Made by a program: the position numbers and the translations under genes
Shown: positions 9,073 to 17,202 of the stretch, piece after piece
How positions within the stretch are numbered: the first letter of the stretch is position 1
How the letters are laid out: every line of letters starts with the position of its first letter
Origin: Candidatus Pacearchaeota archaeon
Lineage (GTDB): Archaea > Nanobdellota > Nanobdellia > Pacearchaeales > GW2011-AR1
Direction of reading: 5' to 3'
Assembly (NCBI GenBank): GCA_018304045.1
Contig: JAGVWZ010000022.1
Coordinates: 1-56,930, forward strand
Length of the DNA stretch: 56,930 bases
Notes under the pieces: model-generated
The model's input: only the letters and a program-made list of their open reading frames with translations
The model's database searches: none
Told to the model about the DNA's origin: nothing

Positions 9073-9699
9073 TTATTGATGTTGGTTAATCTGGTCTGTC
9101 CATATTTCAAAAAATTTATAGCTTATTTTTTCCTTGTTTAGAAGGTTTATTATTTTATCTGCAGAGATTTTTGGAACCAAAAATGAGGAAGGAGAGAGTT
9201 TTTTACCATTAAGTTCATTTAAGATTCCTTCTTTATTGTATTTCTTTTCTTTTCTTCCAAATATCATTCTTATTATTTTGTTTCTTTTTGCTATTTTTTT
9301 TATTGGGTCTATGTTAAATTGTACAAATAATTTAATATTTTTTGGAGATTCTTTGTATTTGCTATAGAGAATTATTCCATCACTTATTATGCTTCTCTTA
9401 AGCTTCCATTCATTAATATTTCCAATTTGATAATTTATTGTGTTTTTAATACCTTTTTGATTCCATATTTCATTAATTTTTGATTTATAGAATTTACTTG
9501 ATTCTTCATCTATTATTTTTTTTATTTTTTGCTCATCTTTTTTTGTATTTAAGAATATGTCTATATCACTTTTGTTATCTGCTTCACCCCTTGCAACAGA
9601 TCCAAATAAGATTATTTCCTCTATTTCATTTAATTTTGGAAATATAAATGATACAAATGACATTGCATATGCAATTAAGTCAGATTTCAATGTTTTCAT
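9073..9699 (-). CDS. nucleotidyltransferase-domain protein (MNT-like)
   Basis: ILFGSVARGEADNKSDIDIFL is the GS...DxD motif of minimal nucleotidyltransferases. Confidence 0.7.
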   Translation of the reverse strand: MKTLKSDLIAYAMSFVSFIFPKLNEIEEIILFGSVARGEADNKSDIDIFLNTKKDEQKIKKIIDEESSKFYKSKINEIWNQKGIKNTINYQIGNINEWKLKRSIISDGIILYSKYKESPKNIKLFVQFNIDPIKKIAKRNKIIRMIFGRKEKKYNKEGILNELNGKKLSPSSFLVPKISADKIINLLNKEKISYKFFEIWTDQINQHQ

Positions 9700-10108
9700 T
9701 TTTTAATAACTCCTTAAAAATAGTTTTTAATTTATTAAAATTTTCAAGCATATTTTTTATTTGATTTTCAGCAGGTTTTCCATACATTAAAATATTTCTT
9801 TCTTCTTCTAGAATATATATTAATTTATAAATCTCTTCTTTTTTTGGGAATATTACTGGAAGTTTTCTTTCTATTAGAGGTTCTATTCTTTGTTCTGGCT
9901 TTGGTTTTTTGAACCAATCATGCTTAATTATTTTTCCAATGGAAATTTTATTTGTTAAATGCAGATATAATTCTAGATACTGGATTACGCATGCAGAACA
10001 ATGAAATCCAATTGTTACTGGTTTTCTTTCTATGCCTGAATTTATTGCATCTTCAATCTCTTCTAGATGCTCTATTATTTTTTTTCTATGTTCTTCTATT
10101 GTAGTCAT
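9680..10108 (-). CDS. HEPN-like helical partner of the NTase
   Basis: It overlaps the NTase start by 20 nt. The helical N-terminus and the FHCSACVIQYLELYLH segment resemble PF05168-type HEPN. The assignment is tentative. Confidence 0.4.
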   Translation of the reverse strand: MTTIEEHRKKIIEHLEEIEDAINSGIERKPVTIGFHCSACVIQYLELYLHLTNKISIGKIIKHDWFKKPKPEQRIEPLIERKLPVIFPKKEEIYKLIYILEEERNILMYGKPAENQIKNMLENFNKLKTIFKELLKNENIEI

Positions 10109-10124
10109 TTGAATATTAGTTGGA

Positions 10125-10211
10125 TTAATTTATACCAATAAATGGTATATTTTATACCTTATAAATCTTCCTATAGATTAATTTATACTCTAATCAGGTA
10201 TATTTTATACC
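10125..10211. promoter_or_regulatory. two 34-bp direct repeats, each ending in the palindrome GGTATA-TTT-TATACC
   Basis: ttaatttatac-N8-ggtatattttatacc occurs at 10125-10158 and 10178-10211, just upstream of the minus-strand NTase/HEPN operon. It is a candidate operator. Confidence 0.45.
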
Positions 10212-10237
10212 TGGCTGTGATTATATCCTATAAAATA

Positions 10238-10256
10238 TTGTTAGCTGATGTAAAAT
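10238..10256 (+). repeat. right copy of the 19-nt perfect direct repeat
   Basis: ttgttagctgatgtaaaat, identical to 9018-9036. Confidence 0.8.
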
Positions 10257-10261
10257 TTTGA

Positions 10262-10445
10262 TGTCTGAAATTGAAAACCTCCTCTTTTAAGAGGAGGTAG
10301 TTTACTTGCTTATTTTTGGAACACAAGAAAATGCACTGCATTTTCTGTGCAGAAAATTCTTTATTGAATTTTCTTGCATCCAAAAAACAAGTGCCTGTCA
10401 CAAACCCCCACTTAAAAGTGGGGGTGGCACATTGTTTTTCTGATG
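10262..10445 (+). ncRNA. candidate structured RNA (GC-rich hairpin cluster), family unknown
   Basis: Perfect hairpins: acctcctct-ttta-agaggaggt (10277-10298), acccccac-ttaaaa-gtgggggt (10404-10425) and gaaaattc-tttatt-gaattttc. A long-range pairing joins acttg..atttttgga to tccaaaaaacaagt. No ORF is present. The strand is uncertain. Confidence 0.35.
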
Positions 10446-10497
10446 ATACAAATGCAAAAGTATTTTTGGATTGTTAATTAGGTATTGTTAATAATGT

Positions 10498-10505
10498 TTA
10501 TATAG
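10498..10505 (+). promoter_or_regulatory. TATA box (tttatata) for the first toxin cassette
   Basis: About 25 nt upstream of the ATG at 10526. The same tttatatagataaatt block precedes the cassettes at 18472 and 20966. Confidence 0.55.
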
Positions 10506-10525
10506 ATAAATTCGCTAGATTGACT

Positions 10526-11677
10526 ATGGGAAAAAGAGGATTGTTTTTATTATTTTTAATTGTTATTAGTCTGGTTTTTGTTTCTGCATTTAATTTTAAT
10601 TCAAATATTTTTGTTAAAAAAGGGGAATTAAAGGTTACAGATGAACATCCGTTCTTTTTGAATGAAAGTTGGGTTAAGGCTTCTGAGTTAAATGTTGGGG
10701 ATGAGCTTGTTACTGTTGATGGAAAGATTGCTAGGATTGTTAATGTTAAGGATGTTAATGAAGAAACTCTTGTTTATAATTTAAGAGTTAATGGTTATGA
10801 GGATTATTTTGCCGAGGGAATTCTTGTACATAATAAAGCTATGGTAAACGCTTATTTAGATGAAGGAATCGGTCCAAATTATGTATTGGGAAGAGGAGAT
10901 GAGGTTGAAATATTGCTTCATGGGGAGGTAATTCGTGGAAAAATTTATCCTAGTTATGATGAAAATAAAAAGGTTATGGATTATCTTCTTGAAGATTCTA
11001 ATGGAAAGTTAATTAATTTTTATCCTTCTGAACTTGACAGATTAACAATTATTGGCAAAAGAGAAGTATTATCTCCAACTTATTTTATTGAGTCTGTTGG
11101 AGACCCAATGTTAGAATCTTCTTTTTGGAAAACAAAGGGATTAATTATTGAAGCATCTTCTCAAAGGGAGTATCGGGGAGTAAAATTTATACCTTTTTCA
11201 GAGTTACCTGATGAAATAGCTGGAGATATTCGTGCAGGGGCAATATTAGGTAATGGATATTCTAAAATCCATACTCATCCCTATGTTGATGAGTTTAGTC
11301 ATAGTTCAATGATACCTTCTTTAACTGATGTAAACTCTTTTTTAATGGATTACGATCTTAAAAGTAGTATCATTGCAATTAGGAATACAGATACTGGGGA
11401 AGTTGCAGGTTATATATTCCTTAAGAGAATAGATTCTAATCCGGAGATAAGTGCTGAATATTTAAGAAAATTTAATAATGATGTTAAAGATTATTCTCCA
11501 ACTGCAGATGGACTTAAATTTTTAGACTATTGGGATTTTTTTGGCAAGGTATATCCTGATGTTTATTTTAGTGGAATGGAAAAACTTAGGGAATATGGAA
11601 TCACCTATAGGATTGTACCAAATAAAAATGCAGGATATGTATTTGATGAAGAGGCCATAGGCTTTATCAAGAAATAA
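10526..11677 (+). CDS. secreted HINT-C cassette protein with a JAB/MPN-like C-terminal domain
   Basis: Signal peptide MGKRGLFLLFLIVISLVFVSA. The HINT C-half is ELKVTDEHPFF...VGDELVTVDGKIARI...VYNL...GILVHN (10628-10834). The tip carries IHTHPYVDEFSHSSMIPSLTD, a JAMM-like HxH..S..D pattern. The ORF track starts at TTG 10520. Confidence 0.65.
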   Translation: MGKRGLFLLFLIVISLVFVSAFNFNSNIFVKKGELKVTDEHPFFLNESWVKASELNVGDELVTVDGKIARIVNVKDVNEETLVYNLRVNGYEDYFAEGILVHNKAMVNAYLDEGIGPNYVLGRGDEVEILLHGEVIRGKIYPSYDENKKVMDYLLEDSNGKLINFYPSELDRLTIIGKREVLSPTYFIESVGDPMLESSFWKTKGLIIEASSQREYRGVKFIPFSELPDEIAGDIRAGAILGNGYSKIHTHPYVDEFSHSSMIPSLTDVNSFLMDYDLKSSIIAIRNTDTGEVAGYIFLKRIDSNPEISAEYLRKFNNDVKDYSPTADGLKFLDYWDFFGKVYPDVYFSGMEKLREYGITYRIVPNKNAGYVFDEEAIGFIKK

Positions 11678-11709
11678 ATATTTATAAATACCCCCATGTT
11701 AGTTATAAA

Positions 11710-12477
11710 ATGAAAAAGAGAGAAATGAAGGGGCAGATTTCTATTTTTGTGATTATTTCAATTGTTGTTATATTTGGTGTAATTATCATTTCATTTTTTT
11801 TAGTTAAGGATAATAGTGTTGTGAGAGAATATATCAATAGAAATAGTGTTTCTTCTGAGATTATGCCTGTTTATGAAAAAATGGATAGTTGTTCTAATCA
11901 AATAGTTATTGATGCTATTCGAATTGTTGGATTACAGGGAGGATATGTAAAACTTCCAAATAATTATTTGGCAACTAATCTTGGAAATATTGCGTATGGT
12001 TATTATAATGGGAAAAATACTTTACCTTCGAAAGTGATTATGGAAAAAGAAATAAGTTCTTATATTGAAGGGGTTTCACCTCTTTGCTTATATGATGATG
12101 TTCTTATTAATTATAAGATTGTTAATGAAAAACCAATTGTTGAAACTAAAATAAATAAGGATAATGTTGAAGTTTCTGTTTCAATGAATATTTTTGTTAC
12201 TAAAAATAATGTTACATATAAACTTGATAAAACATATAATTCTAAAATTTTAATTAGGCTTGGAGATATGATTGATGTTGCAAATGAAATTGTTGAAAGA
12301 GAGAAAAAAGATCCTGGTTATATACCTTTAACTTATTTGTCAGAATTAGACTATAATATTCTTACAATGCCTAATGATGATAATGATGTTGTTTATGCAA
12401 TAGTTGATAGATCAAATAAATCTCTTGTTGATGGAGTTGCTTATAGCTTTTTATTTGCTAATAAGCTTGGAGCATAG
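11710..12477 (+). CDS. type IV pilin-like protein (class III signal peptide)
   Basis: MKKREMKG/QISIFVIISIVVIFGVIIISFF: a [KR]G-Q prepilin-peptidase-type site followed by a hydrophobic helix. Confidence 0.5.
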   Translation: MKKREMKGQISIFVIISIVVIFGVIIISFFLVKDNSVVREYINRNSVSSEIMPVYEKMDSCSNQIVIDAIRIVGLQGGYVKLPNNYLATNLGNIAYGYYNGKNTLPSKVIMEKEISSYIEGVSPLCLYDDVLINYKIVNEKPIVETKINKDNVEVSVSMNIFVTKNNVTYKLDKTYNSKILIRLGDMIDVANEIVEREKKDPGYIPLTYLSELDYNILTMPNDDNDVVYAIVDRSNKSLVDGVAYSFLFANKLGA

Positions 12478-12480
12478 GAT

Positions 12481-15400
12481 ATGAAAACAAATAAATTACT
12501 TTTGAGTATTTTTTTAATATTTATTATTATATTTTACATTAATTTTGTTATAGCAGAAGTTAGTATTAAGGTTGAACCTGATAAAACAATTAATGACCTT
12601 GATTCTCAGACTAGTATTAATGTCAATAATCTTCAAAATTATATTAAACAGAATATTCCTGATTTAAATAATAATCCTGATTTGGGAAAAATAGTTGTTG
12701 ATGTTGATGGAAAAATTAGACTTTATTATAATAACAAAATAGTTTTTGATATACCTAAAGGAATTAAACTAACTTTTGATGGAAAAAAAATGGTTTTTAG
12801 TGGATCTGTTCAGTCTGTTTATACCACAACTTCTAATGGAAGACAACAAGAGATTCCTAGTTTAGTTATAAAAGGAATCATGATTGGAAGTGAAAAGTCT
12901 AAGACTTTTTCTGCTTATTTTGAAGAAAATAATGGGATTATTAATTTGAGGGTTACTGGTGGAATGGGTGTAAGCCAATACAATAGTGACAGGGTTAGTT
13001 TAAGTTATATGATTTATAATCTTAAGGATGGAACTCTAAAAATTGATTCTAATAAAAAACAACTAATTTCTGTAAAAGGAGTTTTTGGAGATTATGGTGG
13101 AGATATAAGAATAGGTGGCAGTGAAACTTCTGATACTTCTTTTAAATTAAATTATTTGGGATTAAAAAATGCTGAGATGAATTTCAATGATAAAAATGAA
13201 GTTGAATATGCTAAATTAGCTTCTTTAAAAGAACAAACTTATAGTTTTGATTATAATGGGAAGAAGTTTGTATTTGGTACAAATAAAGATGGGGGGGAAG
13301 TTATATTTGATCCATTACATCAAATAATCTCTGGAACTAATGCTAATTTAGCTTTTTCTAAAATGGTTGTTGATTCAAAGGGCACTTTTACAGGAAGTCT
13401 TGATGCAGATGGAAATATTGTTTCTCTTAGTTTAGATAATAAAGGAAAATTTAAGGATGATAGGGGTAATGATTATTCATCTTCAAAAAGTTTGAAGGTA
13501 TATTTAGATGGAAAGGATATTAAATCTGAGGAAAATGCTGTTTCATTTATTCTTGGTTCTGAATCAAAGACTACATTAAAGGGTTTAGTAGATGTTATTA
13601 CTACTTCTAAGCTTCATTATTCTGGAAATGAAAAAGCATATACTTTGTTTGATAGTAGAATTAATAATGATTATGGAAAACCTTTTTTTGAAGTTAAAGA
13701 AGGAATCGCTCAAATTGATAATGGTAATGCAAAAATTTTAGTCAGGGATGGAAAAATATTATTAAATAAAATAGGTCTTTCTGATAGAAATGGTTTTGGT
13801 CCTGAATTTGTTGTAAAAGCAACTGGTAAGGACCAAAAGGAAACTTTAGCTAATATTGTCTATACAAATGATGATTTTTCTATTTCAATTAAGTCTTTTA
13901 TTAATGGAAAGGAAACAGACACAAAGGTTGTTGCTTTAAGTAAGGTTAGTGAAACCATGTCTCTTTCTAATTTATTATTTAATTCAGAAAATGTTTTGGT
14001 TGAAAAAGCTTATGCAAAAGCTAGACTAGAGCAACTTCAAGCAGAGCTTGAAATCACAAGAAGCAATGATTTTGATCCTGAAATAAAAAGTAAAATTGAT
14101 GCATTAGAACTTGATATTGTAAATAATCAGAATAAACTTGAAGGTGATGTTGACAAATCTATCGGAAGAATTAGGGATTATTTAGATTCACAAAACAGGG
14201 AAGATGAATCTAGGATGACTGCTCAATTAAGATTAGCTGAATTAATAGGGGATAAAGCAAGTTTAAAATATCAGGAATTTAGAGCAGCGAGTAAAGATGT
14301 AAAGCCTGAGGGAGTAGCTCTTTTAACTTTGGATGAAATTGGTTCAGAAGTTAATAAAATCAAAGACGAATCCTTAAAAATTTATTCAGATTTGATTAGA
14401 GAATCAAAAGGGAATAATGAGAATGTATTTTTAGCTGCTAGTTTTGGTCTTGCAGAATCTTATAAGAAAACAGGGGATTTTAAACAATCTGTTGATGGTT
14501 ATTTAAGCATATCTGGTTCTTCTGAATTTTCTGATGTGGTCAGGTCTGAGGCAATGAGGCAAGCTGCAATTATTGCTACTGAAACAGGAAGTAGATCTGA
14601 TGCTTTAAAATACCTTGAACAGTCTATTAGCCTTAATTCAGATAATGTAAATTCACAAATCTTTGGAAAAAATGTTCAATTAACTTATCTTCGTCAAATG
14701 GTAGGTTCAATGGGAAATGAAGAAACAGAGGCTTATCAAACACTTTTATCTTCAATTGGTTATAATAGGGCGGCTAGTATTACAACTTCTAATGAGCAAT
14801 TATTAGCTAATGTAAATTCAGCTGCAGCAGAATTAACAGAACAACAGTTAGGTGCATTTGCAAATATGTATGCTTTAGATAATGGTTTGACATTGAAAGA
14901 ATTTTATTCTCAGAATCAAGAACAAAGAATAAAGACACTTGAATCTTATTGGATCAGGCAAGGAATGAATCCTGGAAAAGATTCTGAATTTATTGCTAGA
15001 CTTGTTAGTGGGAGTTTTAAGATTGATAATAATCCTGATATGATGGTTCTTAGAGATCCTATTAAAAATTCTGATTTAACTTTAACACTCGATACTCCTG
15101 GTAAAAAATATATGCAACAGGTTTTTTCAATAAGAGATGATATTCTTACTTATGTAAATCCATTTCAAGCTGCAGCCCTTCTTCTGCCTTTTGCTTCTGT
15201 ATCCTATGGTGGAAAAATTATTGGTACTGTTGGAAGTTTAATGGGTGAAGGATTAAATGCAGCTACTCTTGGAGGAGCAGGTGTTTTAAGAACAACAATG
15301 GCTGAAAATTTAGGAGCTTTTACAACTGATTTGCTTCTTGGAACTGGATTATCTGTTGGTGCATATCAAATTCCAGGAGAGGTTTATGGAATTGGTGTTG

Positions 15401-15978
15401 GTGAAGTTGCAGCTCAGGCTGCTGCTATGATAAGTTTTGAGAGATTAGTTACTCAGACTTTAGAAAAAGTAGCTGGTAAATTTAGTCTCGAGGCTGCAGG
15501 TGCATTTAAGAGTGAGGTTGGAGGAGAATTAAAATTAATTCCTGCTTTTAGGGTTGTTGGAGCAGAGGCTGATGCTACTGCAGAAACTTTGGCTCAAAAA
15601 GGTCTTAGGATGATAGAAACTGAAACTGGAGAAAAATTATTTGTTCCAGATTCTGCTGAAGTTGAAGGATTAGAATACTTATTAAAAAGGGATCTTCAAG
15701 TTGGAGCTAGTTCTGGATTAAGAGGTGCTCAACAAAATTTAGATGAAGCTGTAGACAGTTTAGATGCTGCTTTTGCTAGTCCAACAGGTTGTTTCTTAGC
15801 AGGAACAAGAATAATGCTTTCTGATGGAAGCTATAGAAACATTGAAGATATTCAAGAAGGAGATTCTGTTAAGAGTTATGATTTGACTAAGAAATTAGTT
15901 GTTGATTCTAATGTTACAATGACTTTTGTAAGAAAATCTGACAGCTATAGAATAATTGAATATGAGATTCTTGGATAA
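12481..15978 (+). CDS. 1165-aa secreted carrier protein ending in the N-terminal part of a pretoxin-HINT domain
   Basis: N-terminal signal peptide, a large beta-rich region, a coiled-coil/TPR-like middle and a Gly/Ala-rich hydrophobic stretch. The last 62 aa are CFLAGTRIMLSDGSYRNIEDIQEGDSVKSYDL...YRIIEYEILG-stop (15790-15975), which is HINT block A only. Confidence 0.7.
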   Translation: MKTNKLLLSIFLIFIIIFYINFVIAEVSIKVEPDKTINDLDSQTSINVNNLQNYIKQNIPDLNNNPDLGKIVVDVDGKIRLYYNNKIVFDIPKGIKLTFDGKKMVFSGSVQSVYTTTSNGRQQEIPSLVIKGIMIGSEKSKTFSAYFEENNGIINLRVTGGMGVSQYNSDRVSLSYMIYNLKDGTLKIDSNKKQLISVKGVFGDYGGDIRIGGSETSDTSFKLNYLGLKNAEMNFNDKNEVEYAKLASLKEQTYSFDYNGKKFVFGTNKDGGEVIFDPLHQIISGTNANLAFSKMVVDSKGTFTGSLDADGNIVSLSLDNKGKFKDDRGNDYSSSKSLKVYLDGKDIKSEENAVSFILGSESKTTLKGLVDVITTSKLHYSGNEKAYTLFDSRINNDYGKPFFEVKEGIAQIDNGNAKILVRDGKILLNKIGLSDRNGFGPEFVVKATGKDQKETLANIVYTNDDFSISIKSFINGKETDTKVVALSKVSETMSLSNLLFNSENVLVEKAYAKARLEQLQAELEITRSNDFDPEIKSKIDALELDIVNNQNKLEGDVDKSIGRIRDYLDSQNREDESRMTAQLRLAELIGDKASLKYQEFRAASKDVKPEGVALLTLDEIGSEVNKIKDESLKIYSDLIRESKGNNENVFLAASFGLAESYKKTGDFKQSVDGYLSISGSSEFSDVVRSEAMRQAAIIATETGSRSDALKYLEQSISLNSDNVNSQIFGKNVQLTYLRQMVGSMGNEETEAYQTLLSSIGYNRAASITTSNEQLLANVNSAAAELTEQQLGAFANMYALDNGLTLKEFYSQNQEQRIKTLESYWIRQGMNPGKDSEFIARLVSGSFKIDNNPDMMVLRDPIKNSDLTLTLDTPGKKYMQQVFSIRDDILTYVNPFQAAALLLPFASVSYGGKIIGTVGSLMGEGLNAATLGGAGVLRTTMAENLGAFTTDLLLGTGLSVGAYQIPGEVYGIGVGEVAAQAAAMISFERLVTQTLEKVAGKFSLEAAGAFKSEVGGELKLIPAFRVVGAEADATAETLAQKGLRMIETETGEKLFVPDSAEVEGLEYLLKRDLQVGASSGLRGAQQNLDEAVDSLDAAFASPTGCFLAGTRIMLSDGSYRNIEDIQEGDSVKSYDLTKKLVVDSNVTMTFVRKSDSYRIIEYEILG

Positions 15979-16058
15979 ATCAATTTTTATATGTGGAAAG
16001 GTTTATATATAATAATATTGTTTTAATATTATAATAAAATCATTATAATAATTTAAAC

Positions 16059-16658
16059 ATGTTAAAGAATGATGAAATTAAAATATTGAAATTCTTGTTT
16101 GATGATTTAAACAATAATCCTACTATGAGAAATGTTTCAATGTCACTTAAGCAAAAATATCCTCAAACATTTAAAACCATCAAAAATCTAGAAAAAAATG
16201 GATTTATAATACTTAATGAAATTGGAAAAAGTAAAGTTATTCATTTAAATTTTTCAAAAGATAATCTTTATTATATCTGTGTTGAAATTGAGCGAACCGA
16301 GGATTTATGCAAAAAGAATATGGAAATGTTAATTATTAAAGAAAAATTAAAAGACTGTGGGAATTTTGTTTCTTTGATATTTGGAAGCCATGCAAAAAAT
16401 AAGAATCTGAAAGGTTCAGATATTGATTTATTAATCATAATTCCTGATGAAAAAGAAGTAGAAATAACTAATAAAAAAATTAAGAATGCTTTATCTTTGT
16501 ATAATATTGATCTTAATATTATTAGTGAAAAAAGCTTATTTGAAATGTGGGAAAATAAAAGAGAATTAAATGTTGGAAATGAAGTATTAAAAAATCATTA
16601 TGTATTGACTGGTTTTGAAACTTATATAAATTATTTAAGAAAAAAATATGGAAGATAA
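16059..16658 (+). CDS. wHTH + minimal nucleotidyltransferase (MNT)
   Basis: LIFGSHAKNKNLKGSDIDLLIII is the NTase motif. The N-terminus looks like a winged helix. It overlaps the next gene by 11 nt. Confidence 0.7.
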   Translation: MLKNDEIKILKFLFDDLNNNPTMRNVSMSLKQKYPQTFKTIKNLEKNGFIILNEIGKSKVIHLNFSKDNLYYICVEIERTEDLCKKNMEMLIIKEKLKDCGNFVSLIFGSHAKNKNLKGSDIDLLIIIPDEKEVEITNKKIKNALSLYNIDLNIISEKSLFEMWENKRELNVGNEVLKNHYVLTGFETYINYLRKKYGR

Positions 16659-17202
16659 ATATAAAACTAGTACAAGTATAATCAAGAATTTGATAACTGA
16701 AGGAAAAATTAAAGAAGCAATACCTGAAAGCAAAGACTTTTTCTTAAATAAAGCTATTTCTTCAGTTACTCTTTCAGATAGATTATTTAGATTACAAGAT
16801 GAAGAAGATATTGAAACAAATATGTGGATAATAAATATTTCTTATTATGCTATGTTTTTTGCTGCAACAGCACTTCTTGCAAAATATAAAAAGAAAATTG
16901 ACAGTGAGATTGGGATTCATATTTTCACATATCATGCATTAGTCCATTATTTTTTTAATGAGGATAATAAAATTGAAAAACAGTTTATTGAAGAGTATAA
17001 AGATGCTGTTGATGAAGCTGAAGAATTATTGAGGATTTCTGAAAGAAAATCAATAGAATTCATTTCTGATTTCAAGAATGAGCTTGAAAAAAGAAAGATT
17101 TTTACATATAATCTTGGAAGCATAGCTGAAAAAAACAAGGCAGAAACTTCATTAAAAAGAGCTAAGAATTTTGTTAGAATAATTGAGGGAATGATAAAAT
17201 GA
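16648..17202 (+). CDS. HEPN-domain protein (partner of the MNT)
   Basis: Helical PF05168-like pattern (NISYYAMFFAATALLAKYKKK..GIH.FTYHAL). Its TGA overlaps the ATG of the next cassette as ATGA. Confidence 0.6.
   Translation: MEDKYKTSTSIIKNLITEGKIKEAIPESKDFFLNKAISSVTLSDRLFRLQDEEDIETNMWIINISYYAMFFAATALLAKYKKKIDSEIGIHIFTYHALVHYFFNEDNKIEKQFIEEYKDAVDEAEELLRISERKSIEFISDFKNELEKRKIFTYNLGSIAEKNKAETSLKRAKNFVRIIEGMIK

Noticed and set aside
15790-15978. A canonical intein inserted in a housekeeping host protein.
   Set aside because: No extein continues after the HINT-N. The HINT-C halves are preceded by signal peptides and followed by variable domains. This fits pretoxin-HINT architecture rather than a selfish intein. 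No homing endonuclease domain is inserted.
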